A DNA stretch of 64,000 nt from Cetorhinus maximus (GCF_964194155.1 NC_135889.1:108810001-108874000), one strand, 5' to 3'; counted from the stretch's first letter, positions 48,295-61,323 are shown. The notes: generated by a model not told the origin, from the sequence alone. Made by a program: numbers and translations.

Positions 48295-49089
48295 TCAGTC
48301 TGGCCTTCAAATGACTCCTGTTCCACACAATGAGCGTGACCTTAACTTTGGGGGCTAATATAATACAGTCAATATTGGATCAGTCTCCTGGCAAACATCC
48401 CTCTCGAGTTTCATTTCCAGTGTAGGGCGGCTGATACAACACTGCCTGTTTTACAAAATCGCACCAAGTCAAAACCACCCACTATGGGCTTGACTTAAAA
48501 TGTCCCCAAAGCAGCCTAGTGAGTCACTAAAGTGTTAAAAACTATTGCTACAGAAGACCCTCCATAACTTCCTCGGGGGGACATAGGGGTGGACGATAAA
48601 TGCAACCTTGCCATTTTTTCCACAAATAAAAAGCAATTTTTAAAAATAAATTGAGAATAAGCTTTTATGTATTACGGTAATGAATGCAGTCAGCAAAAAC
48701 ACTCACAGTTCCTACTAAACTAATTTTCCACAGATGCCCTGTTATGAACCTTGACTGAATGACTTCCACTGTAAAGGGAATGAAATCTGTATTCTACTGT
48801 GGGGTTGGGTTAAGGGGTTAAAACCAGCTGGAACATGCTTAATTTGACAAGTTATTGTTCCTAGAGGGTCAGATAGTGCAGTAACATAAAGTTGTCTTCT
48901 CCAAGTGGTACAGGAGATTAAAAATGCCACTAATGGCTGCACATTCTCTTATGATCAAAATGTTGATTTAACAGTAATTATAAAGCATAAATCTTTATGA
49001 AGTGAATTTTTTTTTTAAAGACAGTTTTTTCCCTGTTTCCCATTGGTCTTTCTACACTGTGCTTTAGAGTTGTCAACAGTTATGAATAG

Positions 49090-49345
49090 CAACATCTTGT
49101 ACATTGTACTGTAGTGCTTTTAACATAGTAAAACATCCCGAGGCATTTCACAGGAACATTGTCAGGCAGAATGTGACACTGAGATGCGTAAGGACTTTTT
49201 CTTTCAATGATTCATTCATGGGATGCGGGTGTCATTGGCTAGGCCAGCATTCATTGCCCATCCCTAATTGCCTTTGAGAAGGTGGTGGTGTTGAGCAACC
49301 TTCTGGAACTGTTGCAGTAATAGAACAGGTGACCAGGAGTCTTGA
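49090..49345 (-). mobile_element. L2 3' end interrupted by a LINE tail (49195-49318)
   Basis: TTTAACATAGTAAAACATCCCGAGGCATTTCACAGG...GTAAGGA | ATTCATTCATGGGATGCGGG...GAGAAGGTGGTGG | ACAGGTGACCAGGAGTCTTG. Confidence 0.7.
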
Positions 49346-49461
49346 CACGTGAAAATAACAGACAGGAAAAGACTGGAAGGTACTGCTGATCTCGTCAATT
49401 AACTACGAAACGGACAGAGTGCATAATTAGCAACGCGATCCAGATAATAAGGCCAGTTTGG

Positions 49462-49486
49462 CTCAGCTCAGCTCAGCTCAGCTCAG
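49462..49486. repeat. (GCTCA)n microsatellite
   Basis: GCTCA repeated five times. Confidence 0.85.
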
Positions 49487-50084
49487 GGTATATCATAATG
49501 GGTTACATTTTCTCTCCTTTGTCAGACAATGATCTCTCTCCCCCTCTTTCTCTGCAGGCATTGACTCCTTGCTGGTAATGGCTCCATGGATATCCGCCAG
49601 AACTTCTTCAAGAAGCTCCTCTTCATGCCTAAACCTTGGCACAAAGCGTTGGCAGACAGAGGAAGGGCATCATAACAAAGCCCAACCCTGGTGTCAACTG
49701 GCATCTCCAAATACGTACTTCTGGTGGTGACCTCTGGACAGAAATCAGGAATGGGAACCTTAACCGATTTGACCCTCCCTACAACGGGTGATGCTGAGGC
49801 CAATAGCAGCACTCTGGCTGAGCTCATCTACTTCAGCACGAACGCTGATCGAACATGACAAACTTCTTGAGAACAGATCAGCTACTCATTGCTTTAAGCA
49901 GCCAAGCAGCAGAGGGGAAGCCACACATCAAATTTTCAAATCAAAATGGCCAACAGGTTTGCATCCCATCTTTTGCACATAAGATGCCTGTTGTTAAAAA
50001 ATATTTCAATAATTATGATTTTTTTTTGCACTGATCAGGAGTTGGAATGTTATTTCTGAAGTGTTAAGAACTCCTCTATTTAGG

Positions 50085-50540
50085 ACCGTAGAAAAGTTAC
50101 GGTGCAGAAAGAGGCCATTCGGCCCATCATGTCTGTGCCGGCCAGAAAAAGATGAAAAAGAAACTAGCCGCTCATTTTAATCCCACTTTCCAACACCTGG
50201 TCCATAGCCTTGCAGGTCACAGTGCTTCAGATGCAGATCCAGGTACCTTTCAAATGAGTTGAACATTTCAGCCTCAACCACTGATTTAAGCAGTGAATTC
50301 CAGACCCCCACCACCCTCTGGGTGAAAAGGCTTTTCCTCATGTCCCCTCTAATCCTTCTACCAATCACCTTAAATCTGTGCCGCCTGATAATTGACCCCT
50401 CAGCTAGTGGAAACAAGTCTTTACTGTCTATCCTATCTAGGCCCCTCATAATTTTGTACACCTCAATTAGGTCACCCCTTAGCCTCCTCGAGTTCTGAGG
50501 AAAACAACCCTAGCCTATCCAACCTTTCCACATAGCTTAC
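50085..50540 (-). mobile_element. CR1 3' end
   Basis: YKIMRGLDRIDSKDLFPL...FTQRVVGVWNSL. Tail reverse complement GAGGCCATTCGGCCCATC. Confidence 0.9.
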
Positions 50541-50919
50541 CTTTCAGGTACCCTTTGTAAGCACCAGAAAAAAATGCACTAGGTAAAATCCTTCACCATG
50601 CCCAACAATTCACTTAACCCCAATCTCCAATCACCATAGATGTTAATAGAGAATATAGTCAATAGAAATTGAGATGGAAGCTGTGATGGGATGAAGCATG
50701 ATTTGAGTATTAAGCCTGATGTTTAGTTCCAAACTTGTAATTCGTTGACTTGTCTTTTACTTGACTTGTAATTTTTAAAAATACATTTCTTCGTGTACAT
50801 AGACATCAGGACAGGAGAGAATTTGGCTCATCTGTAAGGCGCCATTGTCAAATAGAATCACAAAACTGACTGTCAAGGCTGTTGTGGAAACTGGTCATTT
50901 CAAAGAGGTGATGGAAGGC

Positions 50920-51052
50920 TAGAACATAAGAACATAAGAAATAGGTGCAGAAATAGGCCTTCTGGCCCCTCGAGTCTGCTCCACCATTCAATACGATTAT
51001 GGCTAATCTGATTTTTGCCTTAACTCAACTTTCCTGCTTGTTCCCTTAACCC
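50920..51052 (-). mobile_element. CR1 3' tail
   Basis: AGAACATAAGAACATAAGAAATAGG...GGCCCCTCGAGTCTGCTCCACCATTCAAT. Confidence 0.8.
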
Positions 51053-52511
51053 ATGGTTGTTTTGTAGGTTTTGCAGGCAACTGTGGGATTCTACCCCAGA
51101 AACAATGCCTTCAAGAGAAGAGGAAATTTATATGTAAGAAAAAAATGGCAGCCAAGATGGCGCTGCAGGTTGTAGCTAGCATCAATATAAATAGTTTGTA
51201 TTGCTGTGCACATGTTGGAAGAGGAAATAACTGTTTCATGATGCCCAGATACAAATTCAGAAACATTTCAAACCTGCTTAATTAGATCAACTACCCTAAA
51301 GCAACTTCAAACTGAAACACACAGCGAGTTCGTAAGCCTTTAGAAATCACCACTAATTTTTCATGTTTGCAGGTACACCCATAATCAACTTCAGTTTATA
51401 TCCAGACTCCATGGCAATGGAATCAGAGCTGAGTAATGGATGTTGACAGTGTTTTTTATTTTAAAACTCAAAAAAGTAGATCCAGGTCAACTGTGGTTTA
51501 GGAGAAACACAATAAAAACAAAAGCCATCTGTGAGCTATTGGCTCAGAGCATTGCCTAGTGCAAGCCGACCTTAAACTTGGACTAAAGTTATTTTCTTCA
51601 GCACTTTAAGAGGAATCATTTGCCGCCTTTCCATAAATCAGTTATAGTTATTGTGGTTCTAAAAAATCATGCCAATATCAACAGCAAATTTCATCTAGAT
51701 CATGATCTATACCATACTGGCATTCAAAGATTTTTCTTTTTAATTTCTGTAGCCTCTTTGCACTTGTTTAAAAGTTGTTGGCAATATGCTTATAACTGTT
51801 GTCAACAACCCCTATTCTGTTACACTTTGTAGACTGCAGGCCTGTGGTTCTTTTAATAGCCCAACTCTTTCGTATATCCACTACAAGATCCAGAATTACA
51901 TTTCCTCAAAACAGTTGACAAGTTCAGTGGCCATTGGCAGGAATGGCCATTGTTTATTAACTTCTGAATACAATAAATCCTCTGATTTCCGACACCAGGA
52001 AACAACCAAAAGCACAATGAGCCCTGATAAATAAGAGGGTGACCATTGCAGTAAAATCTGTTACCATGGAGTTTTATAAACCTAGAGTTCAATAATTGGA
52101 AAAAATCAAAGGAATTAGCTGCCATATTTCAACTGATGATAAATAAGAAATTTTTTCCTAAATTTTTCACAGGCTTTCACTTCATTTTGTTATAAATTTC
52201 ACAACCACAATGTAAGTAATCGTTCCTCTGTGCACCCTATGGAACATAATCCTAGCCCTCATTATGAGGATACACAACAGAAAGTTTGACTGTCCTCATT
52301 AGAACAAAAAAGGTTAAGATCTGATAGGAGTGTCTAAAGTTGTGAGGCAGCCGATAAAGTAAATGGGCAAAATCTATTCTATTGGTAGGTGAGTGACTAG
52401 GGAGAGGGATGGATACTGAAATAAAACAAAAGCAGAGGATAAGAGAAAGTCTTTTGCATAGAGGGTGTTACAAGACGGGTGAAAAAAAAACACCAATAGA
52501 TTCCACTCCTG

Positions 52512-53023
52512 GGGCAGAATTTTGCCCTTGGCGGAGGTGCTGGGCAGGGGCGATGGGGAAGCCGCCCGCCGCTTGCGTTCGGCATCGGACCGCGATTTAA
52601 CACTGGCGGGCCAATTATGGTGTAGCAGAGCGACATTTTTGTGCCAGCAGCTTCATCTGAATTTTTTAACAACCCTTAACATTATGACACATGAGGCAGG
52701 GCATGTTACTAATGAAAAATTAAAGTTTTTATTTTATTTTTATTTGCTTCTGGAAACTTCATTCCGCCCGCGGATGAGATTTCCAAAAAAAATGCAAAAG
52801 CCTTTTCACTTATTTGCCAACCGTTAGGTTGGATGGGCAGCGAAAAATTTAATTGATTACTTAATGGCCTTAATAGGCCTTTTAATTCTCAGCGCGCGCG
52901 TGCCGACCGAACTATCCCACGACTGTGCGTTGACATTGGCATGCTCGGCCAAAGTTAACGCACATCATTTCACGCTCGAGCGAGTCGGGTGTGTGCCCAC
53001 CCACCAAGCGAAAATTTCTGCCC
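52512..53023. mobile_element. Harbinger-type MITE, 512 bp, TSD CTG, with foreign filler at 52622-52687
   Basis: TIRs GGGCAGAATTTTGC / GCGAAAATTTCTGCCC. CTG at 52509-52511 and 53024-53026. Confidence 0.85.
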
Positions 53024-53118
53024 CTGATTTCTATTTAAGTGTTATAGCTTCAACTCTATTTACCCAGTAAGTGTGAACATTTAAAGGGAACAAAAGTTAG
53101 ATTTTAATTTGGACCTAT

Positions 53119-53490
53119 GGGCAGAATCTTCTGCCTGTTGGGCGGGCCGGGTCGGGAGCGGGCGTAGAGCCGATCGCCGCCTGCGATTGGCTGCGCGCCG
53201 CCATTTTATTTTATGTGGGTGGCCAATTAAGGCCCGCCTAGCGTGACGCGCCCCTGGTAGCGCTCAGCGGGGGGAGGAGGGAGAGTCTCGTGCGCGCTCA
53301 ACAGCACAGAAATCTCCCTGAGATGAGCACGGAGCTGCCTCAGGGAGATAAAATTCAGTTCTAAAGTTTGAAAAAAGAAAGATTAAAATTATTCAGACAT
53401 GTCCCCTCATGTAACAGTGTCACATGAGCTAGGACATGTTTGTGAATTGTCAAAAAAAAAATTATTTATTTAATAAAACCTTCATGAAAA
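53119..53490. mobile_element. Truncated Harbinger MITE, same family as 6566-7179 in opposite orientation
   Basis: TIR GGGCAGAATCTTC after TAT. GTGGGTGGCCAATTAAGGCCC is shared with ~18161-18182. Palindrome CTCATGTAACAGTGTCACATGAG. Second TIR not found. Confidence 0.75.
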
Positions 53491-54393
53491 ATATGAAAAA
53501 AAATGAAAAATATAAGATGATAGCAGCTTGAAAATGTCTTACTGCCCCATTTACATCAGGATGCTGGTCACTGTCACCTTCAAAGGGGCCTTGTGCTGAA
53601 CAGTGAGTCCCTGCATACTTCAGGCAATGGGCCCTTTCAGTCAGCAAATCATAGTCCCATGACCTGCGTAGGTCCCTAACCAGCATTTTAGGAAAGATTT
53701 GGGTAGGGTATGCAGCATTTATATGCTCCTCAGTTTCAGCAAGCACTTGAGGGGTAAGTCTTTGGTTACCTTTGTGAGGCTAAGGGGAGCTGGAGTATTC
53801 CTCTGGGGTGCACAAATATAACATGAGTTGCTCTAAGTTTCCCCCCCACCCACCACAAGAACCTCAATGTGAACAGACCTCATGTCCAGCTCCACCTACC
53901 TTAATCCAGACCGGTGTTGGTACATGGCTCCCCAACTTTCCTAAGTTATTTGACTTTCCGCCCGCAATCTGCCAGGTCCCAGTAATGAGGCCCACCTCTC
54001 TAAATGGAACAGGCCTCCTGCTGGCTCTAAGAGGTGTCCAGCCTGTTAAAACCTAGGCCCAGGTGGGGAACAAAATTGGCAGAATTGGGAGAGACCGAGA
54101 GAGAAAGGGCGTTCTGAGGCAGAAAAGATGAAGGAGTAAAGAGTCAACAGACAGAGCGTAGCAGAGCAACATTTTTATACCAGCAACTTCATGTGAATTT
54201 TTTACAACCCTTAACATTATGATTATATAATGCTTCCTGCAATATTGAAATTCGTGCTTTATCTAAGCCATAATGACACCAGAGGTTCTATGAAGAACCA
54301 TCATGTCTAATAGAGGTAAAGAGATCTTCGGTCCCCTATTTGGAGAATGACAAGTGCCAGGTGGCCACTGTCACGGATATGACAAATCTCAAA

Positions 54394-55983
54394 GACCTGG
54401 ATTTTTGCCATGGAGGATCATAGCTAAAATGGCGGAAGAGGCCAAAATCCGGAAGTCCTGCCCCACATGGCACCTACCATATTCGCGGGGGTGGGAATGG
54501 GCCCGGTTGGGATTCAGGCATGTTTGTTCCGCAGATGCAGCTGCCCATAGAAATCATCAGCTGCCTCCACTCGTGTGCTTTTGGTGTGAGAAGTGTCTGA
54601 AATCCGACATGTGCAGATTAGACCTGGCAGGAGCAGGTCTGAACTTTGTGCATTCGTTTGGATAGCCAGGCTACCCTTTTGAAGAGGTAAGGTACCCCTT
54701 TGGATATTGTCCCAGAACAACTTTGATGGAGGTCATGTGCCTTTTGAGGGAGGTCAGGCGCCCTTTGGGATTGCTAAAATTAGGCATGAATGTGCATAAA
54801 AAGTGCCTAAATTCATTGGCACTGTCAAAAGTATCAAGATGAATAGTCAAGAGGAGCTCTCAAAACAACTGTCAAAAGTGTCAAGATGAACTGTCAAAGG
54901 GAGCTGTCAAGCTGTCAAGGCATTTAAAACACCTGCCCTTTAAAGCTTTGAAAAAATTTGTCTGAAGCGTTAAAAAATGATTGCTTGCTATTTCACTCTG
55001 TCTGTTGACTTAAGCCTTAGGGTTACCATTACTAGATTAGTGCTGCATGACTGATTTCACAACTATCCATTATCACATTAGGGTGCCTGCCATTTCACAG
55101 TTTGATTGACAGCTCCAAGTGTTATGGACTCTTTGAAGTGAGAATATGAATTCCAATGCTTGTTTTCATAAGGGAGTATGCAATTGAATGAAATGTTTGT
55201 TGTTATAAGGGGTAATATAGTTGGAGAAAACTAAATGAAGTAAATGGGGTTTTATGAATGAAAGTCCTTTTAAAAAAAATAAATTATGTAACAGACACTT
55301 GGAACGTTATTTTGTTTAACCTCAGCATGGCGCCTGAGGTCTGTCCATGATGGGTACTGGGTGAGGTGGCATGGTACGTGTCAGGGCAAAGGGTGGTGGG
55401 TGGGGGGGCAGGGGTTGGCACTAAGTTGGCATGGGGCCATAAAGAACCATGGGCGTGGTTGAGGCATAAATTGGCATGGAGGGTGAGTGGCCATGGTGTG
55501 GGCAGAGGGACATAGGTTGGTTTGGAGTGTATGAGGGGCCTTGGAGTGGGCAGAGGAACATAGGCTGGCATAGAGGATATGAGGGGTCCTGGGGTGGGAA
55601 GAGCGGCATAAGTTGGCATGGAGAGTATGGGGGAGCATGGGGATGGATGGGAAGCATGAGGTGGCATAGGTTGGCATGGATGTGGCATGGAGAATATGTG
55701 GGGGTGAGGGGTGAGGACTGGAAGGCTTTTTTTTGTTTTATTACATTTTAAAAAAACCTCAGACAGGGTGCCGGAGCACAGAGGCAGGCCTTTCACCCAG
55801 CCCACCTCCGCCACCTGGCATCCTCCACACTTATTCCAGGATCGTCCAGCCCGACTCCCAGGGAACCCTGCCATGACAGAATGAAAATCCGACCTTCCGG
55901 GTCACTTTTTCCCGGGTCAGGTTTGCGGAGCCGGGAAACGTCCCGACTCTGCGCTCCCGACCTGGGAGTGAAAATCTCAGCCT
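54394..55983. mobile_element. Probable ~1.6-kb non-autonomous Harbinger-like element with internal minisatellites
   Basis: GC-rich ends GACCTGGATTTTTG / GTGAAAATCTCAGCCT resemble the family TIR. No clear TSD. Confidence 0.4.
55380..55700. repeat. Degenerate G-rich minisatellite (~40-50 bp unit)
   Basis: Recurring GGCATA(A/G)GTTGGCATGGAG...TGAGGGG motif. It explains the Pro/His-rich ORFs. Confidence 0.7.
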
Positions 55984-57325
55984 GGGAGTTTGAAAGCTGA
56001 GCAACACTTTCCAAAACACAGACAAGTAATTTGCCACCATGCAACTTGAGGATGGCTTTTGTGTGTCATAGACTGCAGGGTAGAAACCTGCCCCTTGAAT
56101 GGCTCTAGGAGGTGGTCACCCGGTTAAAATCTAGGCCCCAGGTGGGGAAGAAATTGGCAGAAACGGAAGAGAGAGAAAGAAAGTTCTGAGAAATGCATGT
56201 ACGGGATCCACTTGGTCGACTACGATGAATATTGAAGGTCAAGAAAGAAAAGACCCATACTTTACAGCCCATTTCATAACCTCCAGACACTCTAAAGTGC
56301 TTTATGACCAGGGAAGCACTTCTGAACTGTTCTAATGTAGGAAGATTGTCCTCCAATGCAAACTGATCCAAAATAGCCTTGTTCGCATTTTTCCAGACGC
56401 AGTCACTTTGAATTAAGATGGAATTTGCTGCTCTTTCACACGAGGGGCAATATCTAGAAGTGCTCTTAATGATCTGTTCCCGGTCAGGGAGCATGACCTG
56501 TGTGATTTGCTGTTATAATATTTCAGTCATGTACCAGTCTCTGTTGTGCAATGTTGAGACACAATTGCAAGCCTGGGGGAACCAACTTCCTGCATTCATT
56601 TTACAGGAATGGGCTTCCTTAGCTCAGATTCATGGACGCACATTTTCATGGATCTATTCCAGGCTGCTCAAAGTAAAGAGTGCAGCCAAAGTGGGAGGAA
56701 TCACACATCGACTAATGGCTCCAACCCTGTAATATAAAGAGCATTAAAAGTAACACAATATGCCAACTTCACGGTAAGAAATCACATCTGTTTTGTGATT
56801 GACTTTTGTTCGTAGTTTGTAATTTAAGAGTTATTGTTTAAGTAAGCGTGCAGATTTCATATTTAGCACAAATATCTGATATCAAAGTTATCTATAACAT
56901 AATATTGGGTGACATAATGCCAATTATGACCCGAGGTAGGTAAAAATCTGGATTTTAAACAGTTCTACTGACAATTTTCTTAATTATTCACTTCCTGAGT
57001 GTTAACAAAATGATTGCTACCTGCGGTAACTGGATGTAATGTCACTCCCTCCTGCCAATCACAGGTCATGTGATGTACTGTGGGGGCTCCAACCAGTGAG
57101 CTCTGAGCGTGGGCAATCCACAGGGCGGGGCTGTTCTGATGAGAGATGTGGTCGAGCGTGCGAACACTGAAAATGCCTCTGTAATAAAGTTTAACTGTTT
57201 CTTGATGAAACTAGTCTGCTCCATAGAGTCATTACATTTGGCAACAAGGGTAAGATCAACTTCGACTCTGCACCTCACCCTGTTACTGTGAGCAAATCAA
57301 ATTTAAAAACAACTACTCACCAGTC

Positions 57326-60300
57326 ATGCCGCTGTTTGAAAGAATAGGCCCTTATGATGCGAATATTGAAGATTGGAGTCAGTATGTTGAGTGCCTCGGA
57401 TTTTACTTTGTCGCAAATGAAATAACCGCCATAGAAAAGCAGAAAGCGATCTTCTTAAGGGTGTGCGGAAGTAAAATATATAACTTAATTCGTAACTTGA
57501 CAGCCCCGAGCACGCACAAATCCAAGTCATATAGCGAATTAGTGGACCGGGTGAAAACACACTTCCAGCCGAAACCATCCGGGATAATTCAGCGCTTTAA
57601 ATTCAGTTCAAGAGCTCAGGCCCTGGGAGAGTCCATCGTAACCTATGTAGCGAACCTCATGCAGTTAACAGAATATTGCAACATCGGAGATGTTTTAAAC
57701 GATATGTTGTGGGACCGATTGGTATGTGGAGTCAAGGACGATGCCATTCAGTGCTGATTGCTTGCCGAGGTCGATATCGATTTTAAACACGCCCTAGAAA
57801 TCTCCCTCACCATGGAAAGTGCTACAAGAGACTCACAGGTTTTGCAACACATGGATAATGGCGCCGTGCTTCATGTTGGGCGGGAACCTGCCGCCGATCG
57901 TGGCGCGAAAGCCAGACCTGCAGAATGAAAGCGCGATTCAATGGCCACTGTGAGAAACATTTAGAAGCCGAACAGAAAAGCTCCATCATCAGTTTCAAGA
58001 CAAAGCTGCTATAGATGTGAGGGTGACCACAGAGCAGCTACCTGTAAATTCAAAAAGAGGCAGAATGTCATTACTGTCATAACTAGGGTCACGTGATTAG
58101 GCAAACGCTGGACAAAGTTGAAGCAGTCTGCAAAACAACAAACAAGCATGATAGGAGTAACGGGTACAGCAAAGGCTGAAGCTGCTGCTCCTGACGTTTA
58201 CTCCTTATGTAATGTGACTGCTGTGGAGACTGAACCTATTACGGTGACAGTACAAGTGAATGAGAAGCCACGGACAATGGAAGTGGATACTGGTGTCTCA
58301 ACTATTGTGGTAGAAGAGCACGCTTTCAGGTGCCTTAATGGAGGAAGACAGACAATAAACTTGGGGTGGACAACCGCTAAATTAAGAACTTACACAGGAG
58401 AATCTATTCAAGTAAAGGGCATCACCACTGTCCCAGTCTCTTACAAGTGACAGACAGCCCAACTGCCTATAATAATAGTGAAAGGAGAGGGACCTGGTCT
58501 TTTAGGTCAGAGTTGGCTGCAGAAGATTAAACTCGACTAGTCTGAGATATTTCACACAAAACGAGATGGAACCTCAGAGCTTCTAAGGAAATACAACATG
58601 GTTTCTCGGGATGAATTAGGGAAGTAAAGAGGCACGCAGGCCAAGATACATGTTGATCTTCAGGAGACACCATGGCCGGGATTTTCCGGCCCTGTCGCTT
58701 TGGAGCCGCCGTGGGTGAGGTGGCGCCCCAGCCCGAAGTCCATTGACTTGCAGTGGGACCGGCTGATCCTGGCAGCGGGCGGGTGCAGAAACTCCAGCTC
58801 CACGTTTCTTTAAGGCCAGGCCTGTGCCTTATACATTGAAAGACAAAGTGGATGCAGAGCTGTGCAGGCTAGAGAAGCTGGGCATCATCCACCTGTCCAA
58901 TTCTCAGAGTGGGCTGCACCCATAGTTGCAGTGGTTAAGTCTGATCACACCATATGCATCTGTGGAGACTATAAATGGACTGTAAATAAGGCAGAAAAAT
59001 TAGATGAGTAGCCCATTCCAATGATAGACAACTTATATGCCAAGCTGACTGGAGGCAAATCCTATATGAAATTGGATATGAGCCACGCCTACCAACAATT
59101 AGAAATGGATAGTACGTCAAGAGAATACATGACTATTAACACACACTAGGGTCTCTATCAGTACACTCATCTACCGTTTTGAGTCTCATCAGCATGCGCT
59201 ATTTTCCGGAGAACAATGGAGTGTCTTTTGCAAGGATTCTCATGAGTGGATGATGTTCTCATCATTAGGTCAACCAAGAATGAACACTTGGCCAACCTGG
59301 AGGAGGCGCTAAGAACGTTCATGGAAGCCAGCGTATGGTTGGAAGGAAAAATGTACATTTCATGCACCAGAAGTCAATTATCTAGGTCACAGGGTGGACG
59401 CCATGGGTTTGCATCTGGTAGAAGATAAAGTTCAGGCAATAAAAGATGCTCCATCACCAGCAAATGTAACAGATCTCAAGTCCTTTCTGGGTATGATCAA
59501 CTACTATAGTCACTTCTTACCCAACCTGTCAACCGTTTTGGCACCATTACACTCGCTACTAAAAAAGAACCACTGTTGGTCATGGGTTCACATCAGGATG
59601 AAGCCTTTTTGAAAGCAGAGAAATTGCTGCATTCATTGGTACACTATGACCCATCGAAAAAGTTGGTATTAACATGTGATGCCTCTCCTTACGGCTAGGA
59701 GCCGTGTTATCACATAAAATGGAAATGGGTCAGAAAGGCCCATTGGCTATGTCTCAAGAATCCTTTCCCAAGCCAAGAAGGGCTATTCTCAGTTAAAGAA
59801 GAAGAATTATCAATAGTACTCGGTGTAAAAAAGTTTCACCGGTATCTACATATATGACATTTAACCATTGTGTCAGACCATAAACCATTAATAGGATTAT
59901 TCTGTGAGGACAAGACCATTCCGCCAATTGCATCAGCAAGAATACAACACAGAGCTCTGACATTATCTGTGTATGAGTAGACTTCTATGTACCGCCCTCA
60001 CCTCACATTGCAAGTGCAGGTGCATTCAGTCGTCTCCCATTACCAGATAACATTGTAAATACTCCCATTCAACAAGGATTAGTGCTATTATTGAATTTCT
60101 TAGATTCTTCGCCTGTGTGTGCGAAACAAATTAGAAACTGGATGAGCAGAGATCCAATATTGTCGAAAGTCAGAGACTTTGTTTTGCAAGAATGGCCAGA
60201 CTCACCTGTATCTGAAAAATTGAGACCATTCCATGTCAGAAACACAGAATTAAGCTGCCAAGGCGGAATTGTTTTGAGGGTTCAAGAGTTGTTGTCCCAT

Positions 60301-61323
60301 CACAAGGTAAACAGCCACTCCTGATAGAGCTCCACAGTGCCATCCAGGCATATCAAAGATGAAAATGTTTGCGCGAAGCTATGTATGATGGCCAGGCATT
60401 GACAGTGACAATGAAAACTTGGTCAAGCAACGTCTCCACTATCAGCAACAACAGAAGTTGCCTGTTTCAGCTCCCCTGAATCGGTGGGAGAGACCTGGTC
60501 AACCCTGGGTTCGACGACATATCGATTCTGTAGGACCATTCTTAGGTATCATGTTCTTGTTAATTGTAGATGCACATTCAAAATGGTTTGATGTGTATAA
60601 AGTCAGGTCATCGCCGTCAAATGTTACTACCAAGAAGCTACGTCACTGTTTCAGCATTCACGGCCAACCTGAAATTGTCGTTTCTGATAATGGGACAGCC
60701 TTTACCAGCACCGATCAGAAAGCACTCTGGAATCTTGGCTTTCCTGGTTTTTCTTCGGTTATCGTACAACGCCACATTTGACTACAGGTTCAACACCATC
60801 GGAGTTATTAATGAAACGCCGTCTGCGTACACGTTTACACTTTGTGTTTTTGAATTTAGAGAGGAAGGTAGCGCAGAACCAGAGTAATCAGAAATTTAAC
60901 CGTGACATACACAGTGAAGCTCACACATTCAGTGTAGGTGACACGGTATACATGCAAAAGTTCAACAGAGGACCCTGCTGGGCTCTGAGAGTCATTGAGA
61001 CTGGTCCATTATCTTTCCAAATACAAGTGGGAAATAGAATCATCCGTAAGCATATGGATCACATCTGTGCCAGAGAGACATTCCAACAATTAACTGATCA
61101 GCCTGTGATTAAAATTAAACCATCAATTCCTGAGGTGTGTGATTGACCTAGAATAGACATTCCAGATGTTTCAGAAGAGTTGGCAAATTCTGAACTGCCT
61201 AGTTCCGATGATGTGTCTCACCGTGTAGCTCCAGATCCTGTCAATCCTGTTCAGGAACCTCCAGTGGTGGAGCTACACCACTCTAGCCGTATAAGAAGAG
61301 CACCTCAGAGACTCGAGTTATAA
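57326..61323 (+). pseudogene. Gypsy gag-pol with many stops and frameshifts
   Basis: Gag MPLFERIGPYD...EDWSQYVE. Zinc knuckle CYRCEGDHRAATC. Protease MEVDTGVS. RT ([36 protein letters not shown]). RNase H LTCDASPYGLGAVL. Integrase FLLIVDAHSKW...SDNGTAFTS. Confidence 0.9.
58674..58800. mobile_element. 127-bp Harbinger-type mini-MITE inserted in Gypsy pol
   Basis: Removing it and one 3-bp TSD copy (CAT/CAC, or CCA/CCA if shifted 1 bp) restores [14 protein letters not shown]. Core AAGTCCATTGA shared with 48168-48294. Confidence 0.8.

Noticed and set aside
49558-49920. Strong acceptor (CCCCTCTTTCTCTGCAG) followed by exon-like sequence
   Set aside because: No recognisable protein. The downstream part looks like a decayed minus-strand SINE-like repeat.
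55284-55874. 196-aa Pro-rich ORF and overlapping ORFs
   Set aside because: Translation of a degenerate G-rich minisatellite.
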